Shown here: piece by piece, positions 7,566 through 15,486 of the stretch | How the letters are laid out: the number at the start of each line of letters is the position of its first letter | Position numbering within the stretch: the stretch's first letter is position 1 | IMG/VR virus record: IMGVR_UViG_3300045988_114868 | Coordinates: 1-30,147 of that record | Reading direction: 5' to 3' (one strand) | DNA from: a virus | Length of the DNA: 30,147 nucleotides | The notes under the pieces: generated by a model | Told to the model about the DNA's origin: nothing | The model's input: the letters and a program-made list of their open reading frames with translations, nothing else | Database searches by the model: none | Made by a program: the position numbers and the translations under genes

Positions 7566-8675
7566 CTACTGCAATACCGGCGTAACAGTCCAAGAACCAC
7601 TGAAATCAATATCATATCCAACGACACGCGCCTCACCATGGTTGAACCCCTCCAAACGTCCACTATCATCAGTGATATCCCACGAGACGACATCACCCGG
7701 ACTCCAATCCCTATAAACAACAGGCGCAGACATCAGATCCAACGTCATGTCGACAGTATTCGTACCATCCTGTAATTGCCGTAACGCGGACATAGCGTGA
7801 GCATCCAACGTGTCCTTCCGTGTAATGCTCTCCGACGCTCGGACCACATATTCAATGACAGGACGGTAAGACTGTCGCACGGTCATCACATCAGAACGCA
7901 ACTGATCCTCACCCGACGTCGACCCCACCGCCACGACCATGTTCGCACCATAACCAGTCGTATAATCCTCCAAAACCTTGAAAGACGTCATCGCACTCTC
8001 ATCAAACGTCGTAACCGGAGTAACGGAACCTATCCTATCTGCAACCGTCAAAACCGGCCGATATCTGCCACCATCGACAGCCAGCCATGACGTGCACCAT
8101 TCCGGACCATTCTGAACGTTCGAAAGGTCCTGAAGGGCACTCAGCAACGTTTTCTCGGAGGACTCTTCATACGTCCTGTCGCGTAGTATTCTACTGGAAG
8201 TCACGTTCATCAGAAGCGTGAACCGATGATCCGTGAGCGTACTCGATACAAGATCCTTCACGATCTCACACTGGTCACGTTTCGAATACGAGTGATCCTT
8301 CACATACACGTGATCAAAATAATGTTCGACGGTCGCCAACGTAAGAGACAGTCCCGAGCCTTGCAGACTACGTTCCCGTTTGACGACGATACCACCCCAT
8401 AATACGGTCAGTTCGCTCACCAAAACGATGGCCGTGCCATACGGGATCGTCGCCTCATTCCAATTAGACGGAATGTTCCGCCACGGAATCATCACCGTCT
8501 CACTCGTCTTTTCCTCGAAACGATACGAAAACTTGGAAACCTGTAAGTCCGGAAACTCTGCCAACACGGTTCCATCGGTCAAAGATACCGAAAGGAATTG
8601 AAACCCGGTCGTAGACCACGATGCGCCACCATCCACGGAACTAGACGAACCAAACCAGTTATCAGCCCAAACCAT
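7566..8675 (-). CDS. Tail-associated lysin-like / baseplate hub protein (Tal N-terminal domain type), 369 aa
   Basis: Position directly after Dit, size typical of a Tal structural domain, SD AAGGAG. Confidence 0.6.
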   Translation of the reverse strand: MVWADNWFGSSSSVDGGASWSTTGFQFLSVSLTDGTVLAEFPDLQVSKFSYRFEEKTSETVMIPWRNIPSNWNEATIPYGTAIVLVSELTVLWGGIVVKRERSLQGSGLSLTLATVEHYFDHVYVKDHSYSKRDQCEIVKDLVSSTLTDHRFTLLMNVTSSRILRDRTYEESSEKTLLSALQDLSNVQNGPEWCTSWLAVDGGRYRPVLTVADRIGSVTPVTTFDESAMTSFKVLEDYTTGYGANMVVAVGSTSGEDQLRSDVMTVRQSYRPVIEYVVRASESITRKDTLDAHAMSALRQLQDGTNTVDMTLDLMSAPVVYRDWSPGDVVSWDITDDSGRLEGFNHGEARVVGYDIDFSGSWTVTPVLQ

Positions 8676-8685
8676 GACATGCTCC

Positions 8686-9576
8686 TTACATGTAAGCCGG
8701 ATAGAAAGAAACCGTCATACGAGCGTCACTCGAATATTCACTCGAACTGAAAGCCCACTCGTTAGACCCAGCAGCAGCCTGACTCCATTCACGTCTGACG
8801 ACATTGCCACGAGCCGGGTCGGACCCGTCAACCAATATCTCATGGTTCATGCCGTTTATCGTCACATAATGGCCGATGCCGAGCCTCATGTCGAAAGCCA
8901 TGACATGCCCGCTCTCGACATGCGATACCTGCGGGTTCACGACAGGGCCATCAATACGAATAAACACCGGACTAGGAGCGTTACCAACGTTCGATAGTAA
9001 GACACGGCCGGATAAGACATCCTCGGACCACATCCAAGCTGATACCGAACCGCTGCACGTCCCGAAACAATAGGGGAGCGTCATACCACCGGACGTGCTC
9101 GGCAACCCCGAAACACCGGACACTAATTCAAGCCCATACATGCACGGATCCAAAGACGTCAAACCGATACTGAAACGAAGCATGTTCACTCCAGCCCATT
9201 TGACCAATGGTGCGGATGCCGACTGCCACACTTGCATTTGAAATCCGACATCCCCAAGCCTTGCGGACAGTCTCATACCGGCAGTGTCCAGAACGCTTTT
9301 AAACGCGGCCCACGCCTTTACGCATGATTCAGTCCACCGGCCGATAATATGACCTTCGATGGTAATGGTGCGACCTTTTAAACGGGGCAGATTACCATAC
9401 CAGCCGTCAGTCATAAGCTTTTCACTGGTTTGCAAAGTCGAACCCACACCGTCGAACAAGCCGGACACGTCCTGGAACGTGACATGCCATTCGCAACCAT
9501 ACGAGTCCACACCGTAGAGTGGAAAATCGTTCAACGTCAACTGAAGGTCACGGGAATCGGGAAAAAACATGCTCAT
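8686..9576 (-). CDS. Distal tail protein (Dit), 296 aa
   Basis: Immediately downstream of the tape measure, as in siphovirus tail-tip modules. Size and position are the only evidence. Confidence 0.6.
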   Translation of the reverse strand: MSMFFPDSRDLQLTLNDFPLYGVDSYGCEWHVTFQDVSGLFDGVGSTLQTSEKLMTDGWYGNLPRLKGRTITIEGHIIGRWTESCVKAWAAFKSVLDTAGMRLSARLGDVGFQMQVWQSASAPLVKWAGVNMLRFSIGLTSLDPCMYGLELVSGVSGLPSTSGGMTLPYCFGTCSGSVSAWMWSEDVLSGRVLLSNVGNAPSPVFIRIDGPVVNPQVSHVESGHVMAFDMRLGIGHYVTINGMNHEILVDGSDPARGNVVRREWSQAAAGSNEWAFSSSEYSSDARMTVSFYPAYM

Positions 9577-9594
9577 AATCCCATCATATCCTTA

Positions 9595-11643
9595 TCACAC
9601 GTAGCAGAAATTGATCATTCGAACTGTTTCACGTGCCGCCATCGTCGGATCGGAAGCATTGACGGTGATCGGAGCGGACACGCGAGGGCCACTATTCTCA
9701 TTCAAAGCCACCGGAGAAGACATTGGAGTCGAGAGAGAGCCTGACAGGGAGACGGGGAGCAGATCCGATACCATGTCCTGTACCGGTCGCACGGCCAAAC
9801 TCTCGTTCATTTCCACACCAACGCCCAAGCCAGCGGGGATCATCTTACCAACCTCGTCACGGAACACTCGTGATGGCGAATGAATGCCAAGAGCGCCCTT
9901 CGCTGCGTTAACTATGCTGGAAGCCGCTCCCTTGACCGCTGCGACGGCATTGCCTATAGCACTCTTGATACCGTTGATCAAACCTTGAATGATGTTATTA
10001 CCAGCGGAAACAAGCCATGATCCGGCCCCGCTGAACGCGCTTTTGATTTTACCTCCGATACCATTGACTGTGTTCAAGACCGCGGTGACACCGTTACGTA
10101 CGGCACTGGTGATACCATTCCAAGCGTTGGAAACGAAACTCTTGACGGAATTCCAAGCATTGGACCAAGTGTTCGAGATCACGCCCATTACCGACGAGAC
10201 GACGCCGGAAACGGCGTTCAACGCGGCCGTCACGTTGGCTTTGATACCATTCCAGACCGTCGAGACAAGATTGCCTATGGCATCCCAGACAGAGTTCCAG
10301 TCGCCTTGCACGCCAGCCAATACGACGGAGATGATGGCGTTGATGACGTTCATCACAGTGGAAACGATCGTCTGAATGTGTGGAAAGACCGCGTTGATAA
10401 CACCTTGGATCGCGTTGGCCCACACGGTGAATTGAGCTTGCAAGGCCGGTAGGACAGCGTTGAATACTGCAGCCATGTTATTGATAACCGGGGTGATAGT
10501 GCTTATGATGGTCGCACCGAGCTGGGTGAGGTTCGCGACCAGTGAACCCAATACCGGCATGAACGTTTGGAAAGCCGCGTTCAGGATCGGCATGATCGCA
10601 CTGCCAAGATTCTGTAAAGCCTGCATGAACGGTTTCAAAGCCGGTAATAGTTGACTGGTGAACACTTGCCCGACCGGAGCGAAAGAAGACTGGACCACGC
10701 TACCAACCTGCTGCAAGGCTGGCATCATCGACGACGTCATGCTTTTGAAAGCCTGAGGCAGACTGCCGATACCCTCGGCAAGCATGCTGATCCCTTGAGT
10801 GGCGGGCCCTTTGAACGAATCCAATATTTGCATGCCGACGTTCACGACGGAAGCTTCCAGATTACCCATCGCACCTTCGATGGTTTGCGTGCTGGTAGCG
10901 GCTTCCTTGGCCGCATCGGTCATACCCAGGTCCATGACGGCCTTGTTGAATTCCTCGGCGGTGATCTCACCTTTGGCCATCGCGTCACGGAAGTCACCGG
11001 TGTAGGCACCGTTTTTCTTCATGGCTTCCTGTAGTTTGCCTGAAGCGCCCGGGATCGCATCGCTTAACTGGTTCCAGTTTTCAGTGGTGAGTTTACCTGC
11101 GCCTGCTGTTTGGGTCAATACCATGCCAACGCTTTTGAACGTGTCTGCGTTACCGCCTGCGACCGCGTTGAGGTTACCGGCTGCTTCTGCTAGGTTCGCG
11201 TAATTGTTGACGCCGTTCGCAGCTAATTGTGCGGTGGTGTTGCGAATGTCGGACAGGTTGTACACGGTTTCGTCCGCGTATTTCTGCGTACTGGCGGTAA
11301 GTTGGTCTATCGTGCTTGTGTCTAGGCCTGCGAAAGACAGTGTGCTGGCGAATTTTTGTGCGGAATCGGAGGCTTCGATGATGTCATCGCTGAGGTTGCC
11401 TATGGCGTCTACGGCCATGCTGATTCCGGTGGACACGAGACCGCCGACGGCTCCTGCGATGGCTGAAAACTTGCCTAGTCCGCTAGATGATTTGTTAGAG
11501 GCTTTGTCCATGTCGTCCATGGAGTCGGAAGCTTGGCGTGCGGATGTTTCGATTTGGTGGCTGCCGGTTTGGATGGTTTTGACGCCGTTTTCCCAGTCGC
11601 TGGTGTTGATTTCGGCGTCGAGTGTGAGTGTGGAGTCAGCCAT
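9595..11643 (-). CDS. Tail tape measure protein, 682 aa
   Basis: Ala/Gly/Ser/Asn-rich with periodic Trp/Asn repeats (VWNGIKANV, TWSNAWNSVKSFVSNAWNGITSAV). GIHSPSRVFRDEVGKMIP motif is typical of TP901-family tape measures. Confidence 0.85.
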   Translation of the reverse strand: MADSTLTLDAEINTSDWENGVKTIQTGSHQIETSARQASDSMDDMDKASNKSSSGLGKFSAIAGAVGGLVSTGISMAVDAIGNLSDDIIEASDSAQKFASTLSFAGLDTSTIDQLTASTQKYADETVYNLSDIRNTTAQLAANGVNNYANLAEAAGNLNAVAGGNADTFKSVGMVLTQTAGAGKLTTENWNQLSDAIPGASGKLQEAMKKNGAYTGDFRDAMAKGEITAEEFNKAVMDLGMTDAAKEAATSTQTIEGAMGNLEASVVNVGMQILDSFKGPATQGISMLAEGIGSLPQAFKSMTSSMMPALQQVGSVVQSSFAPVGQVFTSQLLPALKPFMQALQNLGSAIMPILNAAFQTFMPVLGSLVANLTQLGATIISTITPVINNMAAVFNAVLPALQAQFTVWANAIQGVINAVFPHIQTIVSTVMNVINAIISVVLAGVQGDWNSVWDAIGNLVSTVWNGIKANVTAALNAVSGVVSSVMGVISNTWSNAWNSVKSFVSNAWNGITSAVRNGVTAVLNTVNGIGGKIKSAFSGAGSWLVSAGNNIIQGLINGIKSAIGNAVAAVKGAASSIVNAAKGALGIHSPSRVFRDEVGKMIPAGLGVGVEMNESLAVRPVQDMVSDLLPVSLSGSLSTPMSSPVALNENSGPRVSAPITVNASDPTMAARETVRMINFCYV

Positions 11644-11973
11644 TTATCGTTCCTTTCCGAGTTCGTTTATGATGCGGCTGATTTTTTGGTCTCCGTGTTT
11701 GGTGAATGCGGCTGTTAGGCATTCGAAGGTTAGTCGGTATTGTTCGGCTAGTTGGATTTGGTGTTGGTGGCGGCCTTCTTTGATTAGGGCGAGCATCAGG
11801 TTTGGTGTCAGTTTGTTTTCCAATGCGTCGTGGATGGCCTCCCACCCGTATAGGTTGCCGAGTTCGGCGAGGATGCGGATGCTGGGGGAAGCGGGTTGTT
11901 TTGTTTCCTGTTGTTTGTATGTTTGCATCCGCTGTTTTTCGGCGGGGGTGAGGAGGCTATCCCATGAGCGCAT
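11644..11973 (-). CDS. Second tail assembly chaperone ORF (T-like), 109 aa
   Basis: Sits between the G-like ORF and the tape measure. Same reading frame as 11980..12330, separated by TGA plus two codons. Confidence 0.6.
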   Translation of the reverse strand: MRSWDSLLTPAEKQRMQTYKQQETKQPASPSIRILAELGNLYGWEAIHDALENKLTPNLMLALIKEGRHQHQIQLAEQYRLTFECLTAAFTKHGDQKISRIINELGKER

Positions 11974-11979
11974 TTGTTG

Positions 11980-12330
11980 TCAGCCTTTGATGTCGAGGGT
12001 GAGGTTTTCGGCCATAAGTTTGCAGAGGGCGGTCATCGCTTGATAGTAGGCGAGGTCGCTGCGTTGTTTGGTTTGTGTCATCCATTCGTGGAAGGTGTTG
12101 TTTGGGGTCATGAGGTCGGCGACGAGTGGGAAGATGATGTTTTCTGCGGTGTCGAGTGTTTTTTTGGTCATTTCGCCGGTGGAGAGTTTGTCGAGTGCGT
12201 CGGCGTTGTCAAGGATGGTGAGCATGTCTTTTGAGCCGAGTGGGCGCATGGTGTAGGTGGTGCCGTCGAGTTTGATGGTGAGTTGGCGGAAGGATTTGCG
12301 GGTGTCTATGGTTAGGGTTGGTGTGGTCAT
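11980..12330 (-). CDS. Tail assembly chaperone (G-like), 116 aa
   Basis: Position between the major tail protein and the tape measure; acidic small protein. Confidence 0.65.
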   Translation of the reverse strand: MTTPTLTIDTRKSFRQLTIKLDGTTYTMRPLGSKDMLTILDNADALDKLSTGEMTKKTLDTAENIIFPLVADLMTPNNTFHEWMTQTKQRSDLAYYQAMTALCKLMAENLTLDIKG

Positions 12331-12392
12331 TTGTGTTCCTTTAGCGTGGTATTATTGGTGTTGGCTCTTTTATGCCATTGTGTTGACGGATT

Positions 12393-12435
12393 AGCCCATC
12401 ATCGTATTGTAACGGTGGTGGGCTTTTTCTGTTTT
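12393..12435 (+). terminator. Hairpin plus T-tract oriented for the plus strand, inside the minus-strand late operon
   Basis: AGCCCAUCAUCG/CGGUGGUGGGCU gives 12 bp with two G-U pairs on the plus strand (C-A mismatches on the minus strand), followed by TTTTCTGTTTT. Confidence 0.55.
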
Positions 12436-12437
12436 GA

Positions 12438-13310
12438 TTACTTCTGTTTGGGGGTTAGGTCTGCGGCCTGTTCGGCGGTGGGGACGGTACCCTGTGCGTT
12501 GATGCGGACGGTGGCTTGTGCGCTACCGGATTTGAAGGCGATGGAGCTGATGCCGGCTTTCTTGGCGGTGAGGGTCCAAGTGCCGTCACCGTTGTTGACT
12601 ACGGTGGAAACTCCGGCTTCTGGGTTTTCTACGGTGATGGTGCCGGTGGCTCCGTTCGGTAGGGCGGTCACGGTGATTTTCACTGGTTCGTTCACTTTGC
12701 AGGTGACGTTGGATGGGGTGGCGGTGAGACTGGTGATGGCGTTTTCCGACGGTTTGATGGTTCCGGTGGTTTCGTCGTAGTAGCTTGGCGTGTCGAGGTT
12801 GAGTTCGCCCATGACGACTGCGCCTTCGGGGCTGGCGGTCATGGTGCCGGTGAGAGTGACGACGAATGGGTCGCTGAGGCTGATTTTGAATTCACCTCCG
12901 GCGCTGATGAGGGCTTGCGGGATGCGGAAGTCCTGTGCGCTGGACTGGCCGTCGCACACGTTGTGGATGATGATGTCTCGCGGCGTGTTGGAGACGCATT
13001 CGTTGCCGCCGAATCGTACCTGACCGGTTTCGCCGAGGTCTCCGCCGATGACGCGTTTGAATTTTGCGTTGTGGTAGAGTTCGGGGAACAGCATGCCGAG
13101 GAAACGGACGCTGGGGCAGATGACGTTGAGTTCGAAGCTCATTTCATCGTAACTGCCGTTCGGTACTTTGATGGTGCCGGACTGGCTGGCGATTTCGGTG
13201 GTGCTTGGAGTGAGGGTAAGCGTTCCTACTTCATCCTGAACATAGTCGGGTGGGATGACCATGTCGTCGATGTAGACGGTTTTCTTGCCGATGAGTGGAT
13301 AGGATGCCAT
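12438..13310 (-). CDS. Major tail protein with C-terminal Ig-like (Big_2) domain
   Basis: C-terminal ITSLTATPSNVTCKVNEPVKITVTALPNGATGTITVENPEAGVSTVVNNGDGTWTLTAKKAGISSIAFKSG fits Big_2. Position follows the neck genes. Confidence 0.8.
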   Translation of the reverse strand: MASYPLIGKKTVYIDDMVIPPDYVQDEVGTLTLTPSTTEIASQSGTIKVPNGSYDEMSFELNVICPSVRFLGMLFPELYHNAKFKRVIGGDLGETGQVRFGGNECVSNTPRDIIIHNVCDGQSSAQDFRIPQALISAGGEFKISLSDPFVVTLTGTMTASPEGAVVMGELNLDTPSYYDETTGTIKPSENAITSLTATPSNVTCKVNEPVKITVTALPNGATGTITVENPEAGVSTVVNNGDGTWTLTAKKAGISSIAFKSGSAQATVRINAQGTVPTAEQAADLTPKQK

Positions 13311-13368
13311 TTTTTTCCTTTCGGTTGAAGCGTCCGGTTTGACTGTGGTGTATTATGCCGTTTTCATT

Positions 13369-13794
13369 TTACAGTGTTGCCGAATCGAGTTTGTAGTCGA
13401 TTTGAAAGCGGATGCTTTTCACCCAGTGTCCTTCGTGGTCGATGGCGTCCAAGTCGATTGCGGTGGCTGGATGAGTGCGGATGCTTTCGTAGGTGATGTC
13501 AGTGATTGGCTGGCAGGTGAGCCGGCAGTAGTGGTGGAATGTGTTGTTGATGAGGTTGAGGAGTCTGAGCATGAGTCGGCCTTGTGTAAGGACGTCTTCG
13601 TGGCGGCTACTGATGGTGATCTGGTCCGTGTAGAGGTCGCCGTTGATGTCGACCGTGTTCGCGTTGACCCAGATGCCTTCCGTGCTGGTGACCGTACCGG
13701 TGTCGAGGATTGGGCTGGTACCGAAGAAGAGGTTTTGGCCGTAAATGCCGTAGCCTTCGTTTTGGAGGGCCATGCATACTGCTAGGTCTATCAT
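13369..13794 (-). CDS. Tail terminator / tail completion protein (SPP1 gp17-like position)
   Basis: Synteny only: directly upstream of the major tail protein gene. Confidence 0.55.
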   Translation of the reverse strand: MIDLAVCMALQNEGYGIYGQNLFFGTSPILDTGTVTSTEGIWVNANTVDINGDLYTDQITISSRHEDVLTQGRLMLRLLNLINNTFHHYCRLTCQPITDITYESIRTHPATAIDLDAIDHEGHWVKSIRFQIDYKLDSATL

Positions 13795-13803
13795 GTGTCG
13801 TCC

Positions 13804-14124
13804 TTAGAGGTTGAAGTAGGTTTTAGTGCGTGAGCTTGCGGTGCGGGCGGCTCGTTCCAGATAGCGGACGGTGTTTGGATGCAACCGGTTTTCGTGTTCG
13901 CGAATGCGTGCGTATGGGACTCTGCCGTTACCGAAGGTGATTTGCCAGTGGTTGTTTCCGACTTGTTGGAAGCGGCCGCTGTTGCGTAGTGCGCCGGTTT
14001 TGACTGGCGCGTTTTGGCGGGCCATGCGGAGGATGTCGGTCATCATGCGCACGCCGCCTTTGTTGAGTTGTTGGGTGGAGAGTTTGCGTGCCCATTCGGC
14101 GGTGACTTTGAGCTGGTAGCTCAT
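13804..14124 (-). CDS. HK97 gp10-family neck/tail component
   Basis: ARQNAPVKTGALRNS motif and size (106 aa). ATGA overlap with the upstream gene. Confidence 0.65.
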   Translation of the reverse strand: MSYQLKVTAEWARKLSTQQLNKGGVRMMTDILRMARQNAPVKTGALRNSGRFQQVGNNHWQITFGNGRVPYARIREHENRLHPNTVRYLERAARTASSRTKTYFNL

Positions 14125-14492
14125 AGGCTGGTCCGTCCGTAAGGGTTGCCGGTGAGGGTGATGAACATGGTTTTGCCGATATCCATGTCGTCTCCTCTGC
14201 TGGCTTTGATGACTTGGTAGGCCTGCCCGTTATGGAGTTTGAGGATGAGGTCGGGCCATGCTTCCATGTCTTCGCGGAGTGTTTCGGGAAGATTGTCTGG
14301 TCGGATGTGAAAGCGGCGAGTGGAGATCCGGCTGCCGTATTCGGCTGGCTGGTCGGTTTCAGTGGAGTGTTTGATGATTGTTTTAATGTCGGCGAGTTTA
14401 ATGTTGTCGAGGCCGGGGGCCGTGTATTTCCAGAGCGAGGCTGTTTGCACTTGTGCAGGGAATAGGGTGAACGGGTTACATTGCGGTGCCAT
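14121..14492 (-). CDS. Head closure / head-tail joining protein (SPP1 gp16-like), 123 aa
   Basis: Internal ATG 14492 (MAPQCNPF...) is preceded by GAGGAGG. The longer track ORF start 14642 would overlap the upstream gene by 167 nt. Confidence 0.6.
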   Translation of the reverse strand: MAPQCNPFTLFPAQVQTASLWKYTAPGLDNIKLADIKTIIKHSTETDQPAEYGSRISTRRFHIRPDNLPETLREDMEAWPDLILKLHNGQAYQVIKASRGDDMDIGKTMFITLTGNPYGRTSL

Positions 14493-15138
14493 ATGAGTAG
14501 TCGCCTCCTCGATAGTCTTGCTCGTTTGCCCACCAGGGCAGATCGTAGTGAGTGGTCGGCATGCTAAGGAGTCCCCCGTCGTCTGTGGTGGTTGGGCAGA
14601 GTTTCCACGTGGCCAGCAGCGCCTTGTATGGGGTGATGGCATGTTCTAGTGTGGCCTGTGTCCTGGTGGCGTAGGAGACGCTCACGTCTTCGATTTTCTT
14701 CGAAGTGATGTCGTCCGTCCGGTCGCTTATTGACTGGTCTGCTTGGATGATGGCCGTGAGAATGCCGGCCAGTGGTTTCGGTAGTTTTGCGAAACCGTGG
14801 ATGCCGGTGATCGTGAGGGCCATGCCGGGTAGGTACGGTGTGGCAAGCGTTAATGTCTTGGCGTATTTGGCTTCTGGGGTCAATGCATCTGACTGGGAGT
14901 ATTCGATGGTGTATTCAAGGCTGTTGCCGTACGTGGATTTCACGTCGGTAACTGCCGAATACCATGATGGGAGGATGACGTGTTTTCCGTCATCGCTAAC
15001 GAATCCGGTCAGGTCGGTGGTCGACTGTGATAGTTGGCTCATGCAGAGCATGCTGGCGAGGTCGGCCAATGCTGCGTCTTTCCACGTGTCGTATACGGTT
15101 TCACCGACTTGGGTAATGATGGTGTCGTCTATTATCAT
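14476..15138 (-). CDS. Head-tail adaptor/connector protein, 220 aa (by position)
   Basis: First gene after the capsid-module hairpin 15160-15191; synteny only. Confidence 0.5.
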   Translation of the reverse strand: MIIDDTIITQVGETVYDTWKDAALADLASMLCMSQLSQSTTDLTGFVSDDGKHVILPSWYSAVTDVKSTYGNSLEYTIEYSQSDALTPEAKYAKTLTLATPYLPGMALTITGIHGFAKLPKPLAGILTAIIQADQSISDRTDDITSKKIEDVSVSYATRTQATLEHAITPYKALLATWKLCPTTTDDGGLLSMPTTHYDLPWWANEQDYRGGDYSYGTAM

Positions 15139-15159
15139 TTTTCCTCCGGGGAAATGAAT

Positions 15160-15191
15160 AGGTCCTACCGTAAATTGTAACGGTAGGACCT
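15160..15191. terminator. Perfect 11-bp hairpin after the capsid/collagen-like genes
   Basis: AGGTCCTACCG-N10-CGGTAGGACCT in the 73-nt gap between 15138 and 15212. Confidence 0.55.
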
Positions 15192-15211
15192 AATTGTTTG
15201 TTGGCTGGCTG

Positions 15212-15484
15212 TCAGGCTGATGCTTCCATCAGTCCTGCGTTGATCAGGGCGTTTACTACCTGTTCTACCGTGCCAGTGGTCGGGTCAACGTGAGAGGCTT
15301 TGGTGATCGGGCCAGCGGGGCCAGCCGGGCCAGCGGGACCAGCCGGGCCAGCGGGACCCTGAGCGCCCTGACCGAAGGCCACTGGCTGACCTTCCTCGTC
15401 CACGAAGTTGATGACCTTGACTGTGCCCCTATTGTCTTCCGGCAGTGCCTTGCTGCCGATTCGCGAGTACATTTCAACGTTCAT
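15212..15484 (-). CDS. 90-aa protein with collagen-like Gly-X-Y run; candidate head decoration or fibre
   Basis: GAQGPAGPAGPAGPAGPAGPI (7 G-X-Y triplets) is encoded by a 9-bp tandem repeat. Lies 2 nt downstream of the capsid gene stop. Confidence 0.6.
   Translation of the reverse strand: MNVEMYSRIGSKALPEDNRGTVKVINFVDEEGQPVAFGQGAQGPAGPAGPAGPAGPAGPITKASHVDPTTGTVEQVVNALINAGLMEASA
15309..15359. repeat. 9-bp tandem repeat (GGGCCAGCG/GGGCCAGCC, 5.5 units) encoding (GPA)n on the minus strand
   Basis: Read directly in 15301-15360. Confidence 0.9.
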
Positions 15485-15486
15485 TA

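Noticed and set aside
11204-12043. 279-aa plus-strand ORF overlapping the tape-measure and chaperone genes
   Set aside because: It is antisense to genes with clear family motifs. The product is low-complexity and Ser/Leu/Ala/Met-rich, and there is no initiation context.
12787-12795. GGCGTGTCG box inside the major tail protein gene
   Set aside because: No -10 element follows at 15 or 26 nt (the sequence is ATGACG). It lies within coding DNA, so it is compatible with a single chance occurrence.
13928-14642. Long minus-strand ORFs 13928..14533 (201 aa) and the 14642 start of 14121..14642
   Set aside because: The 201-aa ORF is an off-frame Pro/Thr/Ser/Arg-rich read through two real genes. The 14642 start would overlap the adaptor gene by 167 nt, whereas ATG 14492 has a GAGGAGG SD.
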